NCBI GenBank assembly: GCA_028714495.1
Contig: JAQTMH010000006.1
Location: forward strand, 1-55,169
DNA length: 55,169 nucleotides
Source: Patescibacteria group bacterium
Lineage (GTDB): Bacteria > Patescibacteriota > Patescibacteriia > JAHIZJ01
Direction: 5' to 3'
Within the stretch, counting starts at the first letter, position 1. Each line of letters opens with the position of its first letter. The position numbers were made by a program, and so were the translations under genes. The notes below the pieces were generated by a model. The model was not told where the DNA came from. It ran no database searches and was given only the letters and a program-made list of their open reading frames with translations. Positions 35,431 to 46,400 of the stretch are shown here, piece after piece.

Positions 35431-36435
35431 TTAGGATTTACCAGCCGTTGCCAGAATGGCCTTGCGGATTTCAGCCATGATATTCGGATTGTTCTTTAAA
35501 TCCTGGCGGGCGGTTTCTCGGCCAACACCCAATTTCCTGTCCCCAAAAGAGTAAGAATTTCCAGCCTTGGTAATCACGCCGTATTTTAAGCCGGTATCCA
35601 GCAGATCGCCGCTCATTGAAATCCCTTCGTTGTACATTATATCGAATTCAGTGGTTTTGAACGGCGCCGCCACTTTATTTTTAACTATTTTGGCCTTGAC
35701 GCGGTTTCCGATGACTTCATCACCTAGTTTAATTTGGGCCGCCCGGCGGACTTCGATTCTGACAGAGGAATAGAATTTTAAGGCCGTCCCTCCGGGCGTG
35801 GTTTCCGGGTTGCCGAACATCACGCCGATTTTCATCCGGATTTGGTTTATAAAGATGACTATGGTTTTAGTCTTGCTGATGATACCAGCCAATTTACGCA
35901 GGGCCTGGCTCATAAGCCGGGCTTGTAAGCCGATATGCATATCACCCATTTCACCCTCAATCTCAGCTTTGGGGGTTAGCGCGGCAACCGAATCAATCAC
36001 CACAATGTCAACGGAATTTGATCGAACAAGCGTTTCAACGATTTCCAGGGCCTGTTCGCCGGTGTCTGGTTGCGAAATTAGCAAATCGTCAACCTTGACG
36101 CCGATCTTGCGGGCGTAATCAGGATCGAGAGCGTGTTCAGCGTCGACGAAAGCCACGATTCCTCCCTGATTTTGAGCCTGAGCGACGACATGCAAAGCTA
36201 GGGTGGTCTTACCAGAAGATTCGGGGCCGTAAATTTCGACTACCCGTCCTCGGGGCAAACCATTGACGCCCGTGGCTAAATCGAGGGACAGGCAGCCGGT
36301 TGGGATTGCTTCCACGTTCATGCGCTTAGCCTCGCCTAAGCGCATGATAGCGCCTTCGCCAAACCGCTCCTTGATGTGTTCCACCGCGGCCTGGGCGGTT
36401 TTGATCTTGTCGGTGATGAGTGTTGTCTTTTTCAT
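35431..36435 (-). CDS. recA: Recombinase RecA
   Basis: [11 protein letters not shown], Walker [10 protein letters not shown] and [22 protein letters not shown]. Confidence 0.95.
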   Translation of the reverse strand: MKKTTLITDKIKTAQAAVEHIKERFGEGAIMRLGEAKRMNVEAIPTGCLSLDLATGVNGLPRGRVVEIYGPESSGKTTLALHVVAQAQNQGGIVAFVDAEHALDPDYARKIGVKVDDLLISQPDTGEQALEIVETLVRSNSVDIVVIDSVAALTPKAEIEGEMGDMHIGLQARLMSQALRKLAGIISKTKTIVIFINQIRMKIGVMFGNPETTPGGTALKFYSSVRIEVRRAAQIKLGDEVIGNRVKAKIVKNKVAAPFKTTEFDIMYNEGISMSGDLLDTGLKYGVITKAGNSYSFGDRKLGVGRETARQDLKNNPNIMAEIRKAILATAGKS

Positions 36436-36464
36436 AAGCTATTTCCTTGTTTCCTGCCGTATTT

Positions 36465-37187
36465 TTAAATTGGTTTATTGACTAAAACCCTTCTTTGGAT
36501 GACAGTCGCCGGCCCTCGTTTTTTACGAGCTTCTATTTCGATTACGTTGAGACCATCCTGGAGATTGACAACCTCGCGGAATTCGCCGTTTTGATCACTG
36601 AATATCTCCTGGTTGTTGATTCTGAGCAGGGCGTCCGACTCAACCCGGCCGGCAACCTCCAAAGAGCGATCAGTGGTAATGAGATTATCATTTGGCTCCC
36701 AAATCACCAGTTCCGGAGCTGAAAAAGCGTCATAAAGAATATATCCCAGATAGCTGAAGCAGGCGATGATAATTGCTCCGAGCAATAACCGGCGGAAAAG
36801 CTTGGGCAGAATTAGGAAATAGCGCCGAGATAGATTAAGCGAGATCTGGACCAATCGGGAAGTCGGCCGCTGGGATTTTTCTAAAAGGGTTATTTCCTTC
36901 TCGTAGAGCCTGATGACTGAAGCGGGGTTCAGCTCGAGAAAGTCGGCGTATTTTTTTAAAAAACTTCGAGTGTAAACCTCACTGGGCAGTAAATGATAGG
37001 CGCTTTTTTCCAGGGCCGCCAGGTAGTTTATCTGGATTCTGGTATCTTCAGCGGCTTGCTCGAGACTTATCCCGGCCTCGGTTCGAACGGCCGCCAGACG
37101 TTCACCCAAGGTATGGACACCGGGCAGGGATTTATTTTGAAAAGCCACTAGCTCATTCCTCCTCCCTTTCCTCCGGTTCTGAAGCAC
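36465..37187 (-). CDS. RodZ-like HTH membrane protein
   Basis: XRE-type HTH (LGERLAAVRTEAGISLEQAAEDTRIQINYLAALE), a single TM helix and a C-terminal beta-rich domain. The annotated start overlaps the ftsK 3' end by 35 nt. Confidence 0.6.
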   Translation of the reverse strand: MLQNRRKGRRNELVAFQNKSLPGVHTLGERLAAVRTEAGISLEQAAEDTRIQINYLAALEKSAYHLLPSEVYTRSFLKKYADFLELNPASVIRLYEKEITLLEKSQRPTSRLVQISLNLSRRYFLILPKLFRRLLLGAIIIACFSYLGYILYDAFSAPELVIWEPNDNLITTDRSLEVAGRVESDALLRINNQEIFSDQNGEFREVVNLQDGLNVIEIEARKKRGPATVIQRRVLVNKPI

Positions 37188-39330
37188 TGGGCGAATCTTC
37201 AGGCTGGCGTCTTAAAATATCACGGGGCTTGGCTCCTTCACCCGGACCAATGATTCCCTCCTCTTCAAGTAAATCAAGCAGTCTGGCTGCCCGGGCATAG
37301 CCGATCCGAAGGCGGCGCTGGAGCAGGGAGGCGGAAGCTTTATTCGCTTGCCAGACAACTTCCTTGGCGCTAGCCAGCAGTTCATCGTCTCCCAGATTTT
37401 CTAAACCGTTTGATGAAGCCGTGGCTTGCTTTTCAGTCACAGTTTCAAGATATTCTGGGCCGGATCCCCGGCGAAGATAATCAGCGACTCGGTCGAGCTC
37501 GGATTCGGTTACCAGAGCGCCCTGAACTCGTTTTGGCTTAGAAAGTTCAGACGAGACATAGAGCATGTCTCCGCGGCCCAGCAGTTTTTCCGCGCCAGCA
37601 TAATCAAGAATCGTACGGGAATCCATTTGTGAGGCCACGCTGAAAGCCATCCGTGAAGTAATGTTGGCTTTAATCAAGCCTGTGATGACGTCTACCGAAG
37701 GCCTTTGGGTTGAGACAACCAGATGGATGCCGACTGCCCGGGCCATTTGGGCCAGGCGGATAATCGCTCCTTCGACATCCTGGGCAGCGGCGGACATTAA
37801 ATCGGCTAATTCGTCAATTATTACAATTATGTAAGGCAGTTTATTAAGTAAGACGCTGCTGTTATAAACCGTGATGTTCTTTTTATTAGCTTCAGCCAAG
37901 AGGTGATAACGGCGATCCATTTCAGTGATGCACCATTTCAGAGCATTGATAGTTTTATCTACCTCGGTTATCACCGGGGTAAGAAGATGCGGGATGTTAG
38001 CATAAGAATTCAACTCGACCTTTTTCGGGTCAACCAGGATAAACTTGACTTCATCGGGTCCGTTTTGATAAAGCAGACTGACGATGAGGGAATGAATGGC
38101 CACGCTTTTGCCTGAACCAGTCGCTCCGGCGATCAACAGGTGAGGCATGGCTTCAAGATTGGCCAGCGCCACATTGCCGGCCACGTCACGGCCCAGACTG
38201 ATAATTAAGTTGCCGGAACGTTTTTTAAACTCAGAACTCTCGAGAATGTCTCGGAGTCTGACAGTCGCCACTTGTTGATTTGGCACCTCAACCCCGACTA
38301 AAGACTTGCCGGGGATCGGGGCTTCAATCCTGATTGGGTGGGCAGCGAGAGCGAGGGCTAGATCATTGCTTAGGCCGGTAATTTGCGAAAGTTTTACGCC
38401 TTCAGCCGGCCGGAGCGTGTACTGGGTCACAGTGGGACCGATTTTTATGTCGCCCATCTCGACCTGCAGGCCGAAGTTTTCCAGAGTCTTGCGAATTTTT
38501 TCAGCATTGCCTGCCGTATCGCCGCTCATTGGTTTGGCGCTTTTTGAATCAAGAAGGTCAAGCGGCAGATCAACTTTGCGGCGCCGGGCCGACGTTTCTG
38601 TTTTAGGCTGAGTTGATTTAACATCGGGAGCTGATTCCGTCAGAGTTGATTGTTTAAATTCGTGTTGAGTTTCAGGCGTTTTGTCGGGTTCAAATTCCTC
38701 AGGTGCGTATTCTTCCTCAGGAGGCGCGGCCCTTTTTCGGAACAAGCCGAAGAATGAAGTCAGGCTTTGCAGCGCCCGGCCAAGTTTAGTCGGCTTTTGA
38801 GCCAGCCGGCTCAGGGTAGTATTAAAAAGAATCAGTACGGAAATGAGACAGATAGCTAAGATTGCCACCAGGCTGGCCCAAAACCCCATAATTTTCTGAA
38901 AGGGGTAGCTCAGGAAGAAACCGGCATAGCCGCCGCCCCGTCCGTCCGAAATGGCTGAAGTCGCCTCGTCAAAAGGAATAAAGAGATGAAAAATAGCCGA
39001 GGCTGAAATCACAAAAATGGCCAACCCGACATAATTGTTTGTTTTCAGGAAGAACCGCTTAGGCCGCATTAACATGTAACCCCAACCCAGCAAAATCAAG
39101 GGGATGAGATAGCGAACCCAGCCAAAGATGTATCGCAGGGCGTCATTAATAAACTTTCCGATTGAACCAGCAAACCCAAACAGGCTCAGGATAAAGAGAA
39201 CCCCGAAAGCGAATAAAACAATGACACCGATTTCGCGCTGAGTTTCAGGATCAAGCGAGGGCTCACTGGGACCGGCGGGGTCAGCTGAGTGGCTTTCACT
39301 GCGTTGAGATTTTTTAATTTTTTGAGCCAT
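37153..39330 (-). CDS. ftsK: DNA translocase FtsK/SpoIIIE
   Basis: N-terminal TM helices, Walker A AGATGSGKS and a gamma winged-helix (LLQRRLRIGYARAARLLDLLEEEGIIG). ATG at 39330 is preferred because 39341-39369 reads as a promoter. Confidence 0.9.
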   Translation of the reverse strand: MAQKIKKSQRSESHSADPAGPSEPSLDPETQREIGVIVLFAFGVLFILSLFGFAGSIGKFINDALRYIFGWVRYLIPLILLGWGYMLMRPKRFFLKTNNYVGLAIFVISASAIFHLFIPFDEATSAISDGRGGGYAGFFLSYPFQKIMGFWASLVAILAICLISVLILFNTTLSRLAQKPTKLGRALQSLTSFFGLFRKRAAPPEEEYAPEEFEPDKTPETQHEFKQSTLTESAPDVKSTQPKTETSARRRKVDLPLDLLDSKSAKPMSGDTAGNAEKIRKTLENFGLQVEMGDIKIGPTVTQYTLRPAEGVKLSQITGLSNDLALALAAHPIRIEAPIPGKSLVGVEVPNQQVATVRLRDILESSEFKKRSGNLIISLGRDVAGNVALANLEAMPHLLIAGATGSGKSVAIHSLIVSLLYQNGPDEVKFILVDPKKVELNSYANIPHLLTPVITEVDKTINALKWCITEMDRRYHLLAEANKKNITVYNSSVLLNKLPYIIVIIDELADLMSAAAQDVEGAIIRLAQMARAVGIHLVVSTQRPSVDVITGLIKANITSRMAFSVASQMDSRTILDYAGAEKLLGRGDMLYVSSELSKPKRVQGALVTESELDRVADYLRRGSGPEYLETVTEKQATASSNGLENLGDDELLASAKEVVWQANKASASLLQRRLRIGYARAARLLDLLEEEGIIGPGEGAKPRDILRRQPEDSPSASEPEEREEE

Positions 39331-39340
39331 CGTAGAGAGT

Positions 39341-39369
39341 ATTTTACCATAAAATAAGATTTTCAGCAA
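39341..39369 (-). promoter_or_regulatory. Candidate promoter of ftsK
   Basis: On the minus strand: TTGCTG - 17 nt - TAAAAT with an upstream TGn. The -10 ends 10 nt before the ATG. Confidence 0.4.
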
Positions 39370-39428
39370 AGACACATTTTTTAAGACAAAAGGCTCCGTC
39401 CTCAGAGCCCTTTGTCGGTATATTTTTA

Positions 39429-39592
39429 TAGGACTTACGCGCTTGCCGCTTTCGGCCCGGCGAAGCCGGTTCCATCAGCGGCTTTGGCCAATTTCTTCGT
39501 CAAAATGCTTCGTTTTTGCTCGTCGTAGTTTGACTACGCCTCGCAAAATCCTCGCATTTTTCCTCGAACTTGGCTCAAACGCGTAAGTCCTA
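39429..39592 (-). mobile_element. 164-bp MITE-like element, copy 2 (inverted relative to copy 1)
   Basis: Same TIRs as copy 1. Flanked by the direct 5-bp duplication TTTTA (39424-39428 and 39593-39597). 9 differences from copy 1, 8 of them within one 22-nt internal hairpin. Confidence 0.8.
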
Positions 39593-39604
39593 TTTTAATG
39601 AGAT

Positions 39605-42600
39605 TTAATGCAGTTTATCGTGAGCCAACCCGGTTCCGGCCGGGATTAGCTTACCGATAATAACGTTCTCTTTCAAACCTCGCAAATGGTCAACCTTGCC
39701 GGAAACCGCCGCCTCGATAAGTACTCGGGCTGTTTCTTGGAAAGAGGCGGCTGACAGGAAGCTGTCGGTCGAAAGAGAGGCCTTAGTTATACCGAGAAGC
39801 AGATTTTCGCCGAGCGATTTCTTGCCACTGCCTTTTATTTTGTTGTTGGCTTCATGAAACTCATTTAAGGTAACAATCTCGCCAGCCAGCAATTCAGTGT
39901 CGCTCGCGTCTTTGATATAGATTCGAGAAAACATTTGTCTAACGATAACCTCAACATGTTTGTCGTTCAACTTTTGGCCCTGGGAGGAATAGATATAACT
40001 GATTTCCTTGATAATATATTTTTGAGTGGCCTCTTTTCCCTTTAGCCGGAATAGTTGATGAAGATCGAGATTGCCCTCGCAGATCTGGTCGCCCTTTTTT
40101 ATCAGGTCGCCGTCTTTTACCCAGAGACTGTAGCCAACCGGTACCGGATATTCATGGGTCCGTTCGACCGGTTTGATGATTTTGAGATTTTGATCGCCCA
40201 ATTCAATCTCGCCGGCGGTTCTGGCAAAACAGGTTTCTTGGCCGGCCTTCCAAAGAACCTCGCCCTTTTTGACTTTTTGCCCATTTTTTACTTTGAGTTT
40301 GAAGTCGGCTGGTAGTTTCGGTGGGAAGGAATAGGTTTCGCCATCCATTTCCTCGGCTACGACTTTCAGGGTAGCCTGTTTGCCCTGGCGGGAGATATAT
40401 ACTTGGCCGTCGGTCTCAGCCAAAATCCCAGGCTTCTTAATCGGTCTGGCTTCGAAAAGCTCTTCAACTCGCGGCAGACCCTGGGTGATATCGAGGCCAG
40501 CCACTCCGCCAGTATGGAATGTCCGCATGGTTAGCTGGGTGCCTGGCTCGCCGATACTTTGGGCCGCGATAATGCCGACTGCCGTACCGAATTTAACCAG
40601 CTCATTATACCCCAAATCAATTCCATAGCATTTCTGGCACAGGCCTCGTAGGGTTTGGCAAGAAAGCGGCGAGCGGATGGTGACTTCTTCAAGATCCAAG
40701 TCTTTAATTTTATCCAGTAATTCACGGGTGATTAATTCGCCCTTTTTAATGACGATCTTGCCGGTTTTTGGATGACGAATTTCACTAATCAGGAAACGGC
40801 CAAGTATTTTATCGGCCAGAGATTCACCAGCGTCAGCGCATTCTTTCTTTGAGATGGTAATGCCGGTTTGATCGCCGCAGTCTTCTTCGAGGATCACGAT
40901 GTCCTGGGCTACGTCGATTAAACGACGGGTTAAATAGCCAGCGTTGGCGGTTCTCAGAGCGGTGTCCGAGAGACCCTTTCTGGCACCATGAGTGGAAATG
41001 AAATATTCCAAAACGTCAAATCCTTCTTTAAAACTACCCTTGACCGGCAATTCAATAATTTCGCCAGCCGGGTTTGTGACCAAGCCCTTCATGCCCATCA
41101 TCTGAGTTACCTGGGCCCAGGAACCGCGTGAACCGGATTCAATCATGGCATAGACAGGACCAGCCGGATCAAGCGACTGACGGCAGGCCAGGGTTACTTG
41201 TTCTTTGGCCTTTTCCCAGGTCCCAATAATCTTAGCGTGGCGTTCTTCCACGGTGAGCAAACCTGATTGATATTGAGTTTCAATGCCTTCCACTTTGCCT
41301 TCGGCCTGGGTAATGATGTCATATTTTTCCTTTGGCACGGGCAGATCGTTCATACCCCAACTGATACCAGAACGGGTAACATACTTGAAACTGGCGGCCA
41401 TTAAATCGTCCAGGAATTTCACAGTTTGCTCAGCGCCAAATTCATAGAGGATTTTGCTGGTTAGGATCCGGAGTTCTTTTTTATCCATCGTTTTATTAAG
41501 GAAAGGCATCCCTTCAGGTAAAAGACTATTGAAAATCAGCCGACCGGTACTGGTAGTAACAACCGAACCATCCAGTCTAGCCCTGATAGGATCTTGCAGT
41601 TTAATGTGTTTGAGGCTGTAGGCTAGATGAGCTTCGTCAATTGAAGAAAAGGCTTTAAGCTTCTTGGGATCTACTTCAGCCTCTTGAAAAATATAAGTCA
41701 GATAAAAACAACCCAAAACAATATCTTGGTTCGGCATACAAACCGGCTCACCAGTCGCGGGCTTTAGAAGGTTCTTAGTGGAAAGCATTATTTCAGAAGC
41801 CTCCCATTTAGCCTTTTCCGTCAAAGGCACATGGACAGCCATTTGATCGCCGTCAAAGTCAGCGTTGAAAGCTGGGCAAACCAAGGGGTGGATCTGGATT
41901 GCCTTACCCTCGATCAGTATTGGTTGGAAGGCTTGGATGCCTAGCCGATGCAGAGTTGGGGCGCGGTTCAAGAGCACATTTGATTTTTGAGTAATCTCTT
42001 CCAGGATGTCCCAGATCTCGGGTCGATTTGATTCAATAAATCGGCCGGCTGAACGAACATTATGAACGTATTCCCGCTGGATTAGCTGACTGATGACAAA
42101 GGGTTTGAAGAGCTCAAGGGCCATCTTTTTTGGCAGACCGCATTGATTCAGTTTGAGCCTTGGTCCGACCACGATAACCGAGCGACCCGAGTAGTCGACC
42201 CGTTTGCCTAGGAGGTTTTGGCGGAAACGACCCTGTTTGCCCTTGAGAATATCGGCGATTGATTTAAGCATCCGTTTCTGGCCAGTCGAAGCGGTAACAG
42301 TTTTACCGTGGCGGGCGCTATTGTCGATTAGGGCATCAACGGCTTCTTGGAGCATCCGCTTTTCGTTTCGGCAAATAACCTCTGGAGCGTTAAGTTCAAG
42401 CAGGCGCTTCAGTCGATTGTTTCGGTTAATCACCCGCCGATATAAATCATTCAAATCAGAGGCGGCAAAACGCCCACCATCCAATTGAACCATCGGCCTC
42501 AAATCGGGTGGGATTACCGGCAAAACATCAAGCACCATCCATTCCGGCCTGATGCCGTTAAGTTTTAAATTCCGGACAAGCTTCAGGCGGCGGATGACCT

Positions 42601-43462
42601 TTCTCTTCCGGTTGAAAGATACCCCGATAAGTTCGTGCTCAAGCTGGGAAATTTGATCATCATAATTTACTTGGGATAAAAGAGTGCGAATAGCTTCAGC
42701 GCCAATGCTGGCTTCGAAGACGTGGCCGTATTTAAGCGACAAGTCCTGATAGGAACTCTCCGAGATTATCTGGTATTTTTTTAGACCCCGCAGCTCCTTT
42801 CGGGCGATGTCCACCAGGGCTTCTAGTTCTTTTAATTTTTCCTCTTTCAGTTTTACATTAGCGGTCAATTCATCGTTGAGTTTCTGCTCATTCTCCGGTT
42901 TTGACTTATCTTTGGCGGCTGCCCGCTGCCTGATTTCGTTAGCCAGGCGGTTGAAATTATTCTCAATCTGTTTCTTCTTTGACTGAGCCTCCTGGTCGAT
43001 TTGTTTCAAGCTTTCTAGCCGAAGGTTTTCATCAACGTGAGTAATGATAAAATTCGCGAAATAAATAACTTTTTCCAGTTCTTGGGTGGACAGGTCGAGG
43101 ATCAGGCCGATCTTTGAGGGTACGCCACGTAAAAACCAAATGTGGGAGACGGGCGCCGCTAAATCAATGTGACCCATGCGTTCGCGCCGGACAATACTCC
43201 GGGTTACTTCGACTCCGCATTTGTCGCAGATAATCCCTTTGTACCTAATTCGTTTGTATTTTCCACAGTAACATTCCCAGTCTTTCGATGGTCCGAAAAT
43301 CTCCTCGGCGAAAAGGCCGTCCTTTTCTGGTTTCTGGGTTCGGTAATTTATGGTTTCCGGTTTGGTAATCTCGCCATAAGACCACCGATGGATTTCGTCG
43401 GGCGAGGCCAATTTTAGCCTGATGGCGGAAAACTCCAAAGTTTTATTATCTTCCTGTAGCAT
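39605..43462 (-). CDS. rpoC: DNA-directed RNA polymerase subunit beta'
   Basis: Zn-binding CYCGKYKRIRYKGIICDKCGVEV and catalytic NADFDGDQMAVHVPL. 1285 aa. Confidence 0.97.
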   Translation of the reverse strand: MLQEDNKTLEFSAIRLKLASPDEIHRWSYGEITKPETINYRTQKPEKDGLFAEEIFGPSKDWECYCGKYKRIRYKGIICDKCGVEVTRSIVRRERMGHIDLAAPVSHIWFLRGVPSKIGLILDLSTQELEKVIYFANFIITHVDENLRLESLKQIDQEAQSKKKQIENNFNRLANEIRQRAAAKDKSKPENEQKLNDELTANVKLKEEKLKELEALVDIARKELRGLKKYQIISESSYQDLSLKYGHVFEASIGAEAIRTLLSQVNYDDQISQLEHELIGVSFNRKRKVIRRLKLVRNLKLNGIRPEWMVLDVLPVIPPDLRPMVQLDGGRFAASDLNDLYRRVINRNNRLKRLLELNAPEVICRNEKRMLQEAVDALIDNSARHGKTVTASTGQKRMLKSIADILKGKQGRFRQNLLGKRVDYSGRSVIVVGPRLKLNQCGLPKKMALELFKPFVISQLIQREYVHNVRSAGRFIESNRPEIWDILEEITQKSNVLLNRAPTLHRLGIQAFQPILIEGKAIQIHPLVCPAFNADFDGDQMAVHVPLTEKAKWEASEIMLSTKNLLKPATGEPVCMPNQDIVLGCFYLTYIFQEAEVDPKKLKAFSSIDEAHLAYSLKHIKLQDPIRARLDGSVVTTSTGRLIFNSLLPEGMPFLNKTMDKKELRILTSKILYEFGAEQTVKFLDDLMAASFKYVTRSGISWGMNDLPVPKEKYDIITQAEGKVEGIETQYQSGLLTVEERHAKIIGTWEKAKEQVTLACRQSLDPAGPVYAMIESGSRGSWAQVTQMMGMKGLVTNPAGEIIELPVKGSFKEGFDVLEYFISTHGARKGLSDTALRTANAGYLTRRLIDVAQDIVILEEDCGDQTGITISKKECADAGESLADKILGRFLISEIRHPKTGKIVIKKGELITRELLDKIKDLDLEEVTIRSPLSCQTLRGLCQKCYGIDLGYNELVKFGTAVGIIAAQSIGEPGTQLTMRTFHTGGVAGLDITQGLPRVEELFEARPIKKPGILAETDGQVYISRQGKQATLKVVAEEMDGETYSFPPKLPADFKLKVKNGQKVKKGEVLWKAGQETCFARTAGEIELGDQNLKIIKPVERTHEYPVPVGYSLWVKDGDLIKKGDQICEGNLDLHQLFRLKGKEATQKYIIKEISYIYSSQGQKLNDKHVEVIVRQMFSRIYIKDASDTELLAGEIVTLNEFHEANNKIKGSGKKSLGENLLLGITKASLSTDSFLSAASFQETARVLIEAAVSGKVDHLRGLKENVIIGKLIPAGTGLAHDKLH

Positions 43463-43467
43463 ATGGA

Positions 43468-46400
43468 TTATTTCTTCTTTCCTTCTTTTTTCTTAGGACC
43501 ATCTTTCTTATCCTCGGCTGGTTCGGTCTTTTCTTTGGCATCAGCCGGAGCAGGTATCTCAGATTCTTTCTGGCTGCCTACCAAGATCACGTCCAAAGCC
43601 AAGCCTTTTAATTCGCGCACCAAGACGTTAAATGACTCAGGGATATTGATTTTTCTGATCGGCTCACCCTTGATGATTGCCTCGTAGGCTTTTGACCGGC
43701 CGGGCACGTCATCTGATTTGATGGTCAGCATTTCCTGGAGCGTGTAGGCCGCGCCGTAGGCTTCGAGCGCCCAGACTTCCATCTCACCGAAACGCTGGCC
43801 GCCAAACTGAGCTTTGCCGCCCAAAGGCTGTTGAGTAACCAGGGAATAGGGGCCGATCGAACGCTGGTGGATTTTATCTTCAACTAAGTGATTAAGCTTC
43901 ATCATATACATGTAGCCGACAGCCACTTTCTGATCAAAAGGCTCTCCGGTGCGGCCATCGACGAGCGTTACTTTTCCGTCTTCTGGCAAGCCCGCCTTCT
44001 TAAGCTCGGCCTTTATTTGTTCATCGGAAATGCCATTCAAAACCGGAGAAGCGACCGTGTAGCCGAGTTTCTTGGCGGCGAAGCCAATATGAGTTTCCAA
44101 AATTTGTCCCAGGTTCATGCGCGAGACTACGCCCAAGGGATTGAGAATGATATCAACCGGCGTCCCGTCTTCCAAAAACGGCAGATCTTCCTGGGCGACA
44201 ATTCTCGAAATCACGCCTTTGTTGCCGTGACGGCCGGCAAGTTTATCGCCGACTTGGACCTTGCGAAGCTGGGCCACTGACACTTGGATAGTTTTGATTA
44301 CGCCAGCCGGCAGTTTATCGCCGCCCTCTTTTGAAAATATTTTAATATCAACCACTTTGCCATGTTCGCCATGTTCCAAATATAGCGAGCTGTCCTTAAC
44401 GTCTTTAGCCTTTTCACCAAAGATAGCCCGAAGCAACTTCTCTTCGGCTGAGAGTTCAGTCTCGCCCTTAGGCGTTATTTTACCGACCAAGATATCACCT
44501 GAAGCCACTTCGGCGCCGACTCGGACCACCCCGGTCTCATCCAGGTCTTTTAATTTTTCCTCGCTGACATTGGGGATATCACGCGTAATCAGTTCGGGTC
44601 CCAGCTTGGTGTCACGGATATCGACAGAATAGTCCTCGATATGGATCGAAGACAAACAATCAGCCTGGACAATCCTTTCAGATACCAAAATGGCATCTTC
44701 ATAGTTACCACCTTCCCAAGATATGAAAGCCGCCAGAATATTCTGACCCAGGGCCAGCTCGCCGAAATCAGTTGAAGGACCGTCAGCCAAAACCTGCCCT
44801 TTCTTCACTTTATCGCCATGGTTGATGATCGGTCGTTGATTCATGCAAGTAGCGGCGTTTGATCGAACAAAATTACCCAGGGTGTAGGTATGAACATTGT
44901 TTTTTTCATCAGTCACCTGAATTTCCGAAGCCTGGACTTTGCTAACTACACCGTCGGATTTACTAATTATGACATGGCCGGAATCTTGAGCGGCTCTGGC
45001 TTCAACTCCAGTTCCGACAATAGGAGCTTGCGGCTGGATGCAGGAAACCGACTGGCGTTGCATATTTGTACCCATCAGCGCTCGGGCCGCGTCATCGTGT
45101 TCCAAGAAGGGGATGAGAGAGGTGGCAACGCTGACGATCTGTTTCGGGGAAACAGCCATAAAATCAATTTCTTCGACGGATGTCAGAGTCGGTTCGCCGG
45201 CTTTTCTGACCTCAGCTCGATCAAAGGCGAAATAGTTATCTTCGTCGAGTGGAGTCGTGGCGGCGGTGGTGACATAGCGTTCTTCTTCAAAAGCGTCGAC
45301 GTAAACTATTTCATCAGTTACTTTCGGCCAGACTTTGATTTTATCTTTATTGATATGGCCTAGATTTTTAGCGTGTTCGGCCGAGATTAGATCACCCTTT
45401 TTCACAATCAACTGGCCCTTTTCATCGGTTAAATCTTCGCCAGCGCGCCAGCCGGTTATGGCCGCGGCGGAATTTTTTAGCTCTCTGATTACCTTGCGAT
45501 AAGGCGTTTCGATAAACCCAAAATCATTGACTCGGGCGTAAGATGTCAGATGTCCAACCAAACCAATATTTGGGCCTTCTGGCGTGGCAATCGGGCAGAT
45601 CCGGCCATAGTGAGTGCGATGGACGTCTCGGACGTCAAAGCCGGCCCGTTCCCGCGAAAGGCCGCCCGGGCCCATGGCTGAAAGTCGGCGTTTGTGCTCG
45701 AGCTCGGCCAGGGGATTGGTTTGGTCCATGAATTGGGAAAGCTGCGAAGACATGAAAAATTCCTTGACGGCGCCCATGACCGGCCGGGCATTAATCAACT
45801 GGCTGGGAGTCAGAGTGTTGATGTCGAGTGTGCTCATCCGGTCGCGGATGATTCTCTCCATGCGGGCCAGACCAACGCGGAATTTATTCTGGACCAATTC
45901 GCCAATCGCGCGGACCCGGCGGTTACCCAAATGGTCAATATCGTCAGCCTCTTTTTGCGAATTATTTAGAGAAATAATTTCTTTGACAATCGATACCAGA
46001 TCCTCGCGGCGCAGCACCCGAGTTTCTTTATTATTCGGAATATCGAAATGGAAGCGCTGATTCAGTTTGTAGCGGCCAACGCGGCCAAAGTCGTATCGGT
46101 CAAAAGAGAAAAACATTTTGTAAATTAAATCGCGGGCGTTGTCAACCGTGGCCAAGTCGCCGGGCCGGATTCGCTTGTAGACCTCTTTCAAACCCTCGGC
46201 TTCAGAACGCGCCGCGTCTTTGGCAATCGTCTGGTCGATATAACGAATATCGGGGTTAGTGTCGATATCCTTAAAAAGTTCCTTAATCTCCTCATCGCCG
46301 CCAAAACCGAAAGCCCGCAAAAGACTGGTAATCGGGACTTTTCTTTTCCGGTCGATCTTAACAATAATTACGTTATTAAAATCCGTCTCCAGTTCCAGCC

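Noticed and set aside
43888-46060. Several 60-157-aa ORFs on the plus strand inside rpoB/rpoC. Similar ORFs lie antisense to the PBP, glgA, GH57, recA, ftsK and giant genes.
   Set aside because: They lie antisense to long, motif-confirmed genes. They have low-complexity or Arg/Ser-rich translations, no ribosome-binding sites and no recognisable domains. They are shadow ORFs.
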